A DNA stretch of 59,536 nucleotides, counting the filler. It is 5 parts of 5 records of this genome, joined end to end, with 100 filler letters (N's around TTAATTAATTAA, not from the genome) between each part and the next. Parts side by side here need not be neighbours in the genome. Positions count along the whole stretch, not along the records: positions 1 to 8,880 come from SRR20825019_1293; positions 8,981 to 14,765 come from SRR20825019_1296; 3 more parts are not named here. One strand, given 5' to 3'. The notes under the pieces are model-generated. The model ran no database searches and was not told the DNA's origin. It worked only from the letters and a program-made list of their open reading frames with translations. The position numbers were made by a program, and so were the translations under genes. Below, one piece after another: positions 1 through 9,127 of this stretch; position 1 is the stretch's first letter, and every line of letters starts with the position of its first letter.

Positions 1-147
1 GCGACAGTCGATATAGGTCGGGCTGGGCAGCCCCGAGGCCAGCGTGAAGGGGTCCTTGGCGTTCAGGTGCACGGCTTCGATCTCAAGCAACATGCGGGCG
101 GTCAGGCGGGCCATTTCGGCGGCGTCGGGAAAGCTGGTGGGGATCAT
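1..147 (-). CDS. pyrE: Orotate phosphoribosyltransferase, 5' part (runs off the window edge)
   Basis: Not in the ORF track. Manual translation from ATG 147 gives [49 protein letters not shown], with the FTLASG..SP.YIDCR motif. AAGGA RBS upstream; directly downstream of pyrC. Confidence 0.93.
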   Translation of the reverse strand, partial: MIPTSFPDAAEMARLTARMLLEIEAVHLNAKDPFTLASGLPSPTYIDCR

Positions 148-188
148 GGCGTGCATCCTTGGGCGGTTGAGCGTGCCGAAGCTGCGGG

Positions 189-222
189 AGCCTCCGGCGG
201 GAGTTTATCGGGCAAGATGAAG
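189..222. repeat. Possible Rhodobacteraceae small intergenic repeat (GCCTCCGGCGGGAGT...AAGATGAAG)
   Basis: Resembles a dispersed intergenic element I recall from Roseobacter-group genomes. Only one copy here, so it cannot be verified as a repeat in this window. Confidence 0.4.
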
Positions 223-223
223 G

Positions 224-1258
224 TCAGGTCACGGACCAGTCCAGCGGCATCGCGGGGTCGAACACGGTCACGGGGCCGTCGTCGGTGTCGATGTGTGTGG
301 GGTAGGTCGGGGCGGTTTTGGTCAGGGTCATCATCGTGTCGTTTGCGGGCAGGCCGTAGAAGGCGGGACCGTTCAGCGAGGTGAAGGCTTCGAGCTGGTC
401 CAGCGCGCCGTCCTGTTCAAACACCTGTGCCAGGATCGACATGGTGTTGGGCGCGGTAAAGCAGCCGGCACAGCCGCAGGGCAGCAGCTTGTTGGCATCC
501 GTATGCGGCGCGCTGTCGGTGCCAAGGAAAAAGCGCGCGTTGCCCGAAGTGGCCGCACGGCGCAGGGCCAGACGGTGGGTCTCGCGTTTCGCGACGGGCA
601 GGCAGTAATAATGCGGCTTGATGCCACCGGCCAGGATGTGGTTCCGGTTGATCACCAGATGGTGCGTGGTGATCGTGGCCCCCAGCGTGTCGTCCTGTGC
701 GCTGGCATAGTCCACCGCGTCCGAGGTCGTGATATGTTCCATGACCACGCGCAGGCCGGGCGTCGCGCGCCGGATCGGGTCCAGAACGCGGTCGATGAAC
801 ACCGCCTCGCGGTCGAAAATGTCGATGTCGGGGTCCGTGACCTCGCCGTGCACGCAGAGCGGCAGGCCGATCTCGGCCATTTTCTCCAGCACCGGGCGCA
901 CGTGGTCAAAGTTCGCCACACCCGAGGCGGAGTTGGTGGTGGCGCCTGCGGGGTACAGCTTGACCGCCTTGACCAGACCCGAGGCATGGGCGGCAGCCAC
1001 GTCGTCGGCATCCGTGTCCTCGGTCAGGTACAGCGTCATCAGCGGGGTGAAATCCATGCCCTCGGGCAGGGCGGCCATGATCCGGTCGCGATAGGCTGCG
1101 GCCTGTGCGCCGGTGACCACGGGCGGCACCAGATTGGGCATGATGATCGCACGGGCGAAATGGGCGGCGGTTTGCGGCAAAACGGCCCGCATCATTGCGC
1201 CATCGCGCAGGTGCAGGTGCCAGTCATCGGGGCGGCGGATCGCAAGGGTCTTTGTCAT
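224..1258 (-). CDS. pyrC: Dihydroorotase (type II, homodimeric)
   Basis: [43 protein letters not shown] motifs; adjacent to pyrE. Confidence 0.98.
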   Translation of the reverse strand: MTKTLAIRRPDDWHLHLRDGAMMRAVLPQTAAHFARAIIMPNLVPPVVTGAQAAAYRDRIMAALPEGMDFTPLMTLYLTEDTDADDVAAAHASGLVKAVKLYPAGATTNSASGVANFDHVRPVLEKMAEIGLPLCVHGEVTDPDIDIFDREAVFIDRVLDPIRRATPGLRVVMEHITTSDAVDYASAQDDTLGATITTHHLVINRNHILAGGIKPHYYCLPVAKRETHRLALRRAATSGNARFFLGTDSAPHTDANKLLPCGCAGCFTAPNTMSILAQVFEQDGALDQLEAFTSLNGPAFYGLPANDTMMTLTKTAPTYPTHIDTDDGPVTVFDPAMPLDWSVT

Positions 1259-1296
1259 GCCCTGCCGTTAGCACGCGGCGCGGCAGCGCACCAGCG

Positions 1297-2214
1297 TCAG
1301 TTGGTCAGTTCTTTCAGCTTGCGGGCAAATCGCGGCGCGTTCATCCGGCGTGTGACGTTGGTACACAGCGCCTGTATCAACGGGGCGCGGTTGTCGATCT
1401 CAAGGGCGGACATCAGGCTGCGCAGATAGGGCGGATAGGCGCGGCGCGCGCGCCACAGGGTGGCAAAGCTGGCATCGTCCAGCGTGTCGTTTGCGGCCTG
1501 TTCCAGCAGCGGCTTCAGCGCGTCCATCTCGATCATATGGGTCTGGATGGCATCGCCCAGATGGCGGGTGCGCAGCTTGTGTACATTGGCGCGGGTGAAC
1601 AGGGCCGCGTGCATGGCGTCCAGCGCCTCGCGCGGGTCATAGATCACAAAGGCGCGCGCGGCGGCGTCCAGCATGTCGGGCGCATAGCCATAACGCGAGG
1701 CAAAATCGGCGCGGCGCATGTCGACAAAGCGGTCGTCCCATTCGGTGACCCGCGCGTCCAGCGTCGCCTGCGGCTGGATCGCCAGCACACGCGCGCCGGG
1801 CGAGGCGACCGAATAGGCCGCCGCCGCATAGCCGCAGGGGCCTGCGCCGTAAAACAGCACTGTTTCGAATTCGTCAAAAAAGCCGTCATCGACCAGCCGG
1901 TCGAAATAGGCGTAAAGCACCTCGTCCCGGAACCATGTGTCACCGTCCGAGGCCACGCACAGATGCGACCAGCCATGATCGCGCACCATGTTCCAGCCCA
2001 GCGGCACCGCGGATTCGGACAGCGCACGCATCCCCTGAATGGTCTCGAAGGTGACCAGAAGCGTCGTGCCTTTTTCAACAAAAGCCGCGAAATGACGCTT
2101 GCCCAGCGGCTCGAAATAGCCCTGTTCTTCAGCGATGCCCGCCAGTTTTGTCAGCCATTCGCCCTTGGCAAGGCCGGATAGCTCGGCGTTGAATGTCTCG
2201 GCTGCGTCCTGCAT
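1297..2214 (-). CDS. Conserved hypothetical protein, alpha/beta-hydrolase-like fold suspected
   Basis: Start moved to MQDAAETF (GAGGA RBS). LLVTFE, DTWFR and FYGAGPCGYAA (nucleophile-elbow-like but without Ser) motifs, plus AIQPQATL. Confidence 0.7.
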   Translation of the reverse strand: MQDAAETFNAELSGLAKGEWLTKLAGIAEEQGYFEPLGKRHFAAFVEKGTTLLVTFETIQGMRALSESAVPLGWNMVRDHGWSHLCVASDGDTWFRDEVLYAYFDRLVDDGFFDEFETVLFYGAGPCGYAAAAYSVASPGARVLAIQPQATLDARVTEWDDRFVDMRRADFASRYGYAPDMLDAAARAFVIYDPREALDAMHAALFTRANVHKLRTRHLGDAIQTHMIEMDALKPLLEQAANDTLDDASFATLWRARRAYPPYLRSLMSALEIDNRAPLIQALCTNVTRRMNAPRFARKLKELTN

Positions 2215-2311
2215 CGGGGGTCCTCGGTACCTGTCTCGCGCGGATGTCCCACGCGTGCTTGGGCGCAGAGCTATCGGGCCAATAAGGCAAAATTGCGGAA
2301 ATTTGATGCAG

Positions 2312-3379
2312 CTACGGTGCCTTTGTTGCGGCTTTGGCATCGGTGCGACGGGACCGGTTGGCGTATTGCACCATGAAACGGGCCGCGCGCGGCGACACGG
2401 GGCGGGTGTGGCCCGCCATCAGCAGACGGCCAAACAGGGCGCGGAACGGTTCTTGTTGCATCAGCGCGTCGAAACGGGCGTGCCGCCATGCGACGGCGCG
2501 TTGATGTAACTCTCCAAGGACCGGATCAGCCTTGAGCCTGTCGAGCACTGGGGTGCTGGTGTCGCTCATCCGGGCGATGCTGGTGTCGGTGTCGGAGCAA
2601 AAGTTCCGCTCGACCCAATAGTCCAGCCCCAGCACGTGATCGGAATGCACCGCACGGCCCCGGTCGGCCTTCATTACATAGCTTTCCATTGCGCCCAGCG
2701 GATAGTGGTTCAACTGCACCAGCGCATAGTTGGGTTGCCCGAAATTGCTGAACAACCGCTTGGTCTTGAATTGCGCGTCCAGTTCGCGACCCTCGCCGTC
2801 GAACCAGCGGGCTTGGTCCAGCCGCGCGGTGTCGGGGTTGCGCGGACGGTGCACGCCCAGTTTGCGGTAGGTGCCGTCGTTTTTGTACAGCGTCTTGAAC
2901 ATCGACGCGCGCCACGGCCAGTGCAGCACCGCAGGCGCGCATTTGGTGAACAACCTCGTGACCGGCGCATCCTTGTAGCGGATGTGATCGCCATTGCCGA
3001 ACAGCCGCCACGTCAGCGTGATCGCGGTCGCATCGGGCAGGGCGTCCAGCAGGGCAGGCACGGTGCCATCGCCCACGTGAATGTTGACGAATTCGTCGAC
3101 GTCCAGCGGCAAGATCCAGTCGGCCTGTTTCACCACGTCCAGCTTTTGCGCGTGTTTCAGCGCGGTGAACTGGATGCCGCCCTTGTCATAGGGGCCGTCG
3201 TTGCGGATGTGGGTCAGCCAGCCCTCACTGGCCAGCGCGTCCAGCATGACATCGGTGCCATCGTCGCAGTCGTTCGAGAACACCAGAAAATGCGTGAACC
3301 CGCAGGCGCGGTGGTGCGCCAGCCATTCCAGCAGGAACGCCGCCTCGTTGCGGACGCATAAGACGGCAAGAATGTTCAC
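2312..3379 (-). CDS. Glycosyltransferase, GT-A fold (Glyco_tranf_2_4-like)
   Basis: CVRNEAAFLLEWLAHH, NDCDDGT, LDVDEF (DxD), TWRLFG, LNHY motifs. GTG start overlaps the upstream TGA (GTGA). Confidence 0.9.
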   Translation of the reverse strand: MNILAVLCVRNEAAFLLEWLAHHRACGFTHFLVFSNDCDDGTDVMLDALASEGWLTHIRNDGPYDKGGIQFTALKHAQKLDVVKQADWILPLDVDEFVNIHVGDGTVPALLDALPDATAITLTWRLFGNGDHIRYKDAPVTRLFTKCAPAVLHWPWRASMFKTLYKNDGTYRKLGVHRPRNPDTARLDQARWFDGEGRELDAQFKTKRLFSNFGQPNYALVQLNHYPLGAMESYVMKADRGRAVHSDHVLGLDYWVERNFCSDTDTSIARMSDTSTPVLDRLKADPVLGELHQRAVAWRHARFDALMQQEPFRALFGRLLMAGHTRPVSPRAARFMVQYANRSRRTDAKAATKAP

Positions 3380-4083
3380 GCGGTGGGCCATGTCCTGCGG
3401 AACGACACGACCTTGCCGTTCGAGCCGCGCGCGTTGTAGTTCAGGCCCGCTTCCATCATCGCGGCAAAGACCGCGTTCACACCTTCGGGGCCGATCCATT
3501 TGGGGTGCAGCTTGACCACCGCAGCACGCAGGCCACTCAGGTCCAGATCGGGGATCAGCTCGGCCTCGGACCCCTGGATGTCGATGACGATGACCGTGGG
3601 CGACAGCTCTTTCATCAGGGTCTTGGCGTTTTGCACCTCGATCTTTTCGACCGTCCCGGCCGGGCTGTCCTCGCGCACGGTCAGCGATGACAAGGCGGGG
3701 TTCTTGCGCAGGTGGAAATCGGCAGTGGTCTTGCGTTTGCCCAAAGTGCCCGAAATCACGCTGGCGTTCTCAATCCCGTTCAGCGCGAACATCTGCGTCA
3801 GATAGGTGGCCAGTTCGGGGTTCGCCTCGACCGCATGAACCATTTTGACGTTCTGCTGCTTGGCCAGCGTGGCGGACACCGCGCCGATACCGGCCCCGAT
3901 GTCCAGAACCGTGTCCTCGGGCAGGGCGGTGCGGTTGCAGGCCGTGACCAGTGTGTTTTCGTAAGTGTCCTTGCGCAGGGCGGTGCGCATCGCCGGCGTC
4001 ATGAACGCCGCCTTGGGAAAGCGCAGCCCGCGCGATTTGATGCTGGGCTGGGCAGTGTTTGCAACGTCTGTGGTCCCGTCCAT
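3376..4083 (-). CDS. FkbM-family SAM-dependent methyltransferase
   Basis: VLDIGAGIG SAM motif, AVEANP, VIDIQGSE (family consensus roughly KIDVEGAE). Confidence 0.85.
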   Translation of the reverse strand: MDGTTDVANTAQPSIKSRGLRFPKAAFMTPAMRTALRKDTYENTLVTACNRTALPEDTVLDIGAGIGAVSATLAKQQNVKMVHAVEANPELATYLTQMFALNGIENASVISGTLGKRKTTADFHLRKNPALSSLTVREDSPAGTVEKIEVQNAKTLMKELSPTVIVIDIQGSEAELIPDLDLSGLRAAVVKLHPKWIGPEGVNAVFAAMMEAGLNYNARGSNGKVVSFRRTWPTA

Positions 4084-4085
4084 CG

Positions 4086-6473
4086 TCAGCTCTCCATATC
4101 CAGAGCAAGGGCATAGGCCACCCGCTCGACCTCTGTCAGCTTCACTTCAAGCGCCTGTTGATACAGGTCCTCGAATTCGGGCATGGCGTGCAGCTCTTCG
4201 GCTTTGGCTTTGTGCCAGTCCAGACCCTTCTGGTGCCAGCCGCGCAGGATGTCGTCCTGCATCAACCGGTCGTATTCCGCGCGCAGGCGCGGCAGGTTGC
4301 GTTTGATGGTGATGTCGCGGAAATCGGACCAGTCCATGCGAATCCAGTAGTTGATCCCGATGGACCGATCCACGTGCAGCGCGCGCCCGCGCTGGCGTTT
4401 GATCAGAAAGCTTTCGGCCGAGCGCAGCGCGTAATGATTAAGCTGCAACAGATCGTAGCCAATGGATTTTTTCGACGACCGCCAGCCGTTTTCGGCGGCT
4501 TCCTTGGTCATGTCCTTGCCCGAGCCGTTGACCCATTTGACCGTCTTCTTGAACGCCGCGTCCAGCTTGTTGGGGCGGTGGCAGCTGATTTTCTCGTAGG
4601 CGCCGATGTTCTTGAACATGGTCTTGAAGCCCCAGACCGTGTGCGGCTTGGGGCAGTATTTGGGCGCGCAATGGTCGAACTGGTCGATCACGAATTCATC
4701 CGCCAGATCGGTCACCCCGTTGTGCCCGAACAGCCGCCATGTCATCGCCACGTTGGTCGCATCGGGCACCGCGTCAAAGAAATCCTGAAGCGTTCCGTTG
4801 CCGGTGCGCACGTTCATGAATTCGTCCACGTCGATGTGAATGATCCAGTCGGCGTTCTTGATCACCGGTTCTTTCAGCGACTGGTTCAGCGCGTATTGCT
4901 GGGGCGAATTGCCCTTCCAGCCGTCGTTGTTGCGGTGTTGCAGCACGCCCATTTCCTGCAGCCGGTCCAGGATTTCGCTGGTGCCGTCCTCGCAACCGTT
5001 GGTGTAGATCAGGAAATTGTCCACGCCCATCGCACGGTGATAGGCGACCCATTCCACGATATAGGGCGCTTCGTTCTTCATGCAGCCGACGATCACGTTG
5101 CCGCTGCTGCCCGGCGGCAGTTGGCGTTGCGGGACTTCGGTAAAGGCAGCAGCCATCTGCTCCTCGTCCACCGACCCCAGCTTGTTGTGCGGGGCAAAGG
5201 ACGAGTTTTTCAGCTTGTCAAAGTTCTGGATCGCCAGAGGCGGCATCAGCTTGCGCGCCGTTTCGGTCAGGCTGTCGGATGTCGGCTTGGGGGCTTTGGC
5301 CTGCGCCACACCCTTGGGTGATTTGGTGGCCTTGGCAGCATCCAGATCGGCGCCCTTGGTCTTGCGTTCCTCGCGCGTGGCCTTGTCGATGCGCCACATG
5401 AACCCCAGCAGGTACTGCGTGGCCCGAAAGCCGAACCTGGGGTCGGCCTCTTCCCACGTGCCCTTGGCGCTGGGCTTCTTGAAGGTGTCCTTGCTCAGCG
5501 CCGGTTGCGTTTTCAGCAAGGCGGTGTTGCCCGTGGTAAAGGTTTTCGAGATGGCCGACAGCGACGCCACATCAACAGGGTCACCGTCCACGTTGATTTC
5601 ATTGATGAACGACCGCCACAACTGGCGCGGCAAAATGCGTTTGCGATCCGCCAGCACCTGCAAGAGCAGCGCATTCATCTGCCGCCCGCGCGTTAGCGCC
5701 GCGGCAGAGGTGGGCACAGGAACCGTGTCAGGCGTGGCTTTGCCCAGCACCGCGTCAATCCCGAACATGGCGCGAATTTCATCCGTGACCGTATCGGCGG
5801 CAAACCCGTCGGCATCATAGGGCCGCAAGGTCACGCTGCCCGCGCCAAAGCTGTCCTCCCAATGCGACACAAGCCGCTGGTAATCCAGCCAGAAGGGGGC
5901 GGCCTGATTTTCCATGAACACCCCCGCCTGCGGGTCGATCACGGGGGGGGCGGCCAGACAATCGTCCCACCACGTCTTTGACCCGGCCAGCGCCATTTCC
6001 TGTGCCAGCGACGTGCCGCGCCCTTCCAGGATCTGTTCGGCGTACCAGCGCACCAGCAGGCTGGCCTGTTCGTCCACATGGGCGATGATGCGAATGTCAT
6101 CCGAAAGCGGCGACAGCAGCGCGTGCAGGCGCACAATCTCGGATGGATGCGCCAGACTGGTCCCCAGCTGCGAGGCCGACAGTATCAGATCGCTGGGGTT
6201 GTGCTGTGCGACGTCCCGCGCCAGATCGCTGGCCACGGCATCATAAAGAACCTGTTGTTTGTCCTGCGGAATATATCCACGGTTGTACCGCAGCGGGTCC
6301 ACATGCGCAGGGTCGGTGACCGCCATATACAGCCGCGTGTGGTTCTTCGGCCCCAGGCTGCGCGGAAACAAAAAGCCCTTGGCCAGCATCTGTTCACGTT
6401 TGTCGGCCATGACCGATTGCAGACGGTCCACGCCCACTTGTTCCAGACCAATATGCAGATGAATGCGCATCAT
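4086..6473 (-). CDS. Two-domain protein: N-terminal sulfotransferase-like domain + C-terminal GT-A glycosyltransferase
   Basis: Start MMRIHLHIG overlaps the upstream stop (ATGA). N-terminal HIG/LILSASQL/LDY..L..W...FG pattern, then a Lys/Ala linker, then CMKNEAPYIVEW, IDVDEF, TWRLFG, LNHYALRS. Confidence 0.85.
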   Translation of the reverse strand: MMRIHLHIGLEQVGVDRLQSVMADKREQMLAKGFLFPRSLGPKNHTRLYMAVTDPAHVDPLRYNRGYIPQDKQQVLYDAVASDLARDVAQHNPSDLILSASQLGTSLAHPSEIVRLHALLSPLSDDIRIIAHVDEQASLLVRWYAEQILEGRGTSLAQEMALAGSKTWWDDCLAAPPVIDPQAGVFMENQAAPFWLDYQRLVSHWEDSFGAGSVTLRPYDADGFAADTVTDEIRAMFGIDAVLGKATPDTVPVPTSAAALTRGRQMNALLLQVLADRKRILPRQLWRSFINEINVDGDPVDVASLSAISKTFTTGNTALLKTQPALSKDTFKKPSAKGTWEEADPRFGFRATQYLLGFMWRIDKATREERKTKGADLDAAKATKSPKGVAQAKAPKPTSDSLTETARKLMPPLAIQNFDKLKNSSFAPHNKLGSVDEEQMAAAFTEVPQRQLPPGSSGNVIVGCMKNEAPYIVEWVAYHRAMGVDNFLIYTNGCEDGTSEILDRLQEMGVLQHRNNDGWKGNSPQQYALNQSLKEPVIKNADWIIHIDVDEFMNVRTGNGTLQDFFDAVPDATNVAMTWRLFGHNGVTDLADEFVIDQFDHCAPKYCPKPHTVWGFKTMFKNIGAYEKISCHRPNKLDAAFKKTVKWVNGSGKDMTKEAAENGWRSSKKSIGYDLLQLNHYALRSAESFLIKRQRGRALHVDRSIGINYWIRMDWSDFRDITIKRNLPRLRAEYDRLMQDDILRGWHQKGLDWHKAKAEELHAMPEFEDLYQQALEVKLTEVERVAYALALDMES

Positions 6474-7096
6474 GACGCCTTTTTGTTCGAATTGCTGTTC
6501 ACGCGGCCCCACCACGGCAGGGGCACGCCTAGAAAGGCGGCGATGCGATCGCGGGCATCCGCGTCGGCCACGTCATACTCCAGAAAATCGTCGCGGCCCG
6601 CGAAGATCGCACGCAAATGCGCGTAATGGGCGCCGATCCACTGCTCACGCTCTTTGGTGGTCTCGCCATAGCCTTCGGGCAGGCCGGGAATGCCCGCCTG
6701 CGGCAGCCGCGCGACACCCAGATCGGACCACGCCAGCATCGACTGGCTCAGCTGGAACGGATCGCGGTTCGAGGCCAGGAATTTCACCCCAGGATGATGG
6801 GCGCGGATCGCCTCGATCAGGCCGAAATCCATCTGCGGCCACAGCGACTTGCCCTCGCGCAGCAGGCTGATCTCCGACACGCATTCAAACGGGTCCAGAT
6901 GCGCACCGGGATCGCCGGTTTCGAAATACCCGCGATACAGCAGTTCGGCCACGTACTGGTTGTGCAACGACTTGACGGTGGTCTGCTTGGGCCGCACACG
7001 GTGGTCGGCCACCTTGAAACCGGCCATTTTCAACGCCCGCGCCAATGTCGTCGTTCCGGTCTTGGGCAAGCCCAGATTGACGACCCGCAAGCTCAT
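6470..7096 (-). CDS. Sulfotransferase-family protein
   Basis: Real start MSLRVVNLGLPKTGTTTL (5'-PSB PAPS-binding loop). ATGA overlap with the upstream gene. Confidence 0.85.
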   Translation of the reverse strand: MSLRVVNLGLPKTGTTTLARALKMAGFKVADHRVRPKQTTVKSLHNQYVAELLYRGYFETGDPGAHLDPFECVSEISLLREGKSLWPQMDFGLIEAIRAHHPGVKFLASNRDPFQLSQSMLAWSDLGVARLPQAGIPGLPEGYGETTKEREQWIGAHYAHLRAIFAGRDDFLEYDVADADARDRIAAFLGVPLPWWGRVNSNSNKKAS

Positions 7097-8130
7097 GTCA
7101 CAGGCTCCAGCCCCAGCGCCTCGATCAGCGCCTGTTCCTGCGGCGGCAGCTTTGACGCGGCGCGCAGTTGCGCCTGCATCTGTTGGTATTCGGGCTGTGC
7201 CAGCAATGCGTCGCGCTTGGCGATATGGGCGGCGACCGCTTCGGCATGCAGGGCGGCGATCTCCGCGTCGGCCATCAGCTCGGCCATTTCGCGGCGCAGG
7301 GGGGCCAGATACTTCTGGATCGACGTATCCTCCCACGCCGCGTCATTGCGCTCGCGCCAATAGGTGTCGTCAAACGCGCGGTTCTCGCGGTTCACATCAC
7401 CCCGGTCGTTCTTGACCAGATAGCTGTCCAGCGACCGCAGCGCATAGTGGTTCAGCGTCGCAAACTGCCGCGATCCATGCGCCGGAAACCGGCGGATGCG
7501 GCGCGGGTTGGCCGCCACCAGAAACCGGTGCTGCACAGGACGGCCCGACGCATCGGTCCACGCGGGCCGCTTGCCCTTGGGCAGCTTCTCGCGGAAAAAC
7601 GGGCGGTGCGCGCCATAGTATTTCAGCGGGAAATCCGCCCGCACCAGCGTTTTCACCTCGATCGCCGTCTCGCCACACCACAGGTCGGGATTGTGGCTGC
7701 GGGTGAACTGTTCGATCACCGGACGGTCCGCGTAGGCGTCCACGTCGTCATTGGCGAAGAACTGGAAATTCACGCTGATCGCTTGCGGATTGCCACAGGC
7801 GTCGATCAGGGCAGGGATGGTGCCATCGCCCACATGGATGTTCAAAAACTCGTCCACATCCGCAACCCAGACCCAGTCGGCGCCCGCGATCATGTCCTGA
7901 CCCTTGGCGTCCTTCAACGCCTCCATCTGGTAATTGCGCCCCTCGGCGGGGTTGGGCAGGTGCCGCACGATGCCACGCGTCTGCAGCGCATCCAGCAGCC
8001 GGTCAGTGCCGTCGGTGCAGTCGTTGGAATAGAAAAGAAAATCCGTCACGCCCAGCAGACGGTGAAAGGCGATCCACTCCAGCAGGAAAGGACCCTCGTT
8101 CTTGACACAGGTTACGGCTGTTATGCGCAT
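7093..8130 (-). CDS. Glycosyltransferase, GT-A fold (Glyco_tranf_2_4-like)
   Basis: CVKNEGPFLLEW, NDCTDGT, ADVDEF, LNHYALRS motifs; first gene of the operon. Confidence 0.9.
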   Translation of the reverse strand: MRITAVTCVKNEGPFLLEWIAFHRLLGVTDFLFYSNDCTDGTDRLLDALQTRGIVRHLPNPAEGRNYQMEALKDAKGQDMIAGADWVWVADVDEFLNIHVGDGTIPALIDACGNPQAISVNFQFFANDDVDAYADRPVIEQFTRSHNPDLWCGETAIEVKTLVRADFPLKYYGAHRPFFREKLPKGKRPAWTDASGRPVQHRFLVAANPRRIRRFPAHGSRQFATLNHYALRSLDSYLVKNDRGDVNRENRAFDDTYWRERNDAAWEDTSIQKYLAPLRREMAELMADAEIAALHAEAVAAHIAKRDALLAQPEYQQMQAQLRAASKLPPQEQALIEALGLEPVT

Positions 8131-8343
8131 CCGGGCGCCCCTGCTGTGGACCAGCTCTGGTCACGCTTCATCTGCCTTATCCGCCTCTGAACGGGTTGTT
8201 GTCGGGGCGATAGGCCCGCAAAACCTCTGTTTTCCCTACACCTTATAATGCCATCCGGCGCAACATGCGTCAACGCTGGCGGCGCGGGGGACCTTGACCT
8301 GACCGGCCAGCGGTGCACGTTTGTCGCAACAAGGGAGAGAGCG

Positions 8344-8880
8344 ATGACCAAACCCACCTCGATTGACGCCGTGCAACAGATGCTGGGCGCGCAGGGCTAT
8401 GTCTGCGACCGCGCGCTGGGCACGGTGGTGTTCCTGGCGCTGTCGCTGGGCCGCCCGCTGTTCCTGGAGGGCGAGGCCGGCGTGGGCAAGACCGAGATCG
8501 CCAAGGCGCTGGCCTCAGCCTTGGGCCGCCGCTTGATCCGCCTGCAATGCTACGAAGGGCTGGACGCCTCGAGCGCTGTCTACGAATGGAACTTTCCCGC
8601 CCAGATGATCGCCATACGCACCGCAGAGGCCGCAGGCACCGCCGACCGCGCCGCCCTGCAAGCCGAGCTGTTCAGCGAGGAATTCCTGATCGAACGCCCG
8701 CTGCTGGACGCCATGCGCCCCGATGAAAACGGCGCGCCCGTCCTGCTGATCGACGAACTGGACCGCACCGACGAGCCGTTCGAGGCTTACCTGCTCGAGG
8801 CACTCAGCGACTTTCAGGTCACGATCCCCGAACTGGGCACCATCAAGGCCCCCGAGCCGCCCATCGTCATCCTGACCTCG
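8344..8880 (+). CDS. MoxR-family AAA+ ATPase (CoxD-like), truncated by contig end
   Basis: Walker A GEAGVGKT, RLQCYEGLD, Walker B LLIDELDR; AGGGAG RBS before ATG 8344. Confidence 0.9.
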
Positions 8881-8980
8881 NNNNNNNNNNNNNNNNNNNN
8901 NNNNNNNNNNNNNNNNNNNNNNNNTTAATTAATTAANNNNNNNNNNNNNNNNNNNNNNNNNNNNNNNNNNNNNNNNNNNN
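8881..8980. other. Artificial contig-joining linker
   Basis: 44 N + TTAATTAATTAA (stops in all six frames) + 44 N; base composition changes abruptly across it. Confidence 0.99.
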
Positions 8981-9127
8981 CCCCATCCCATTTACTTTTC
9001 CAATACTACTTTGATTAATTACACCAAGCCCGTATAAGGAATAGGGGGAACTTGTTAAGCTTTCCGATTGTGCAGCTGCAGTAAGGGATAAAAAAGAGAG
9101 TATGAGTACGAGGTTAATCTTCATCAT
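8981..9127 (-). CDS. Bacteroidota outer-membrane beta-barrel protein (FadL/PorV-like), N-terminus only
   Basis: Sec signal ending AAA-Q, followed by TSSPYSLYGLG...GMG. Overlaps the stop of the upstream lipoprotein gene. Confidence 0.7.

Noticed and set aside
1297-2214. PAPS reductase label suggested by the neighbouring sulfotransferases
   Set aside because: No PP-loop (SGGKDS-like) or ECGLH motif.
293-8190. Long plus-strand ORFs (293..1429, 1195..2181, 4059..5321, 7168..8190)
   Set aside because: Antisense shadows of well-supported minus-strand genes in high-GC DNA; no recognisable motifs.
8344-8880. Carbon monoxide dehydrogenase (cox) cluster
   Set aside because: Only a partial CoxD-like ATPase is visible; coxL/M/S are not in the contig, so CO oxidation cannot be claimed.
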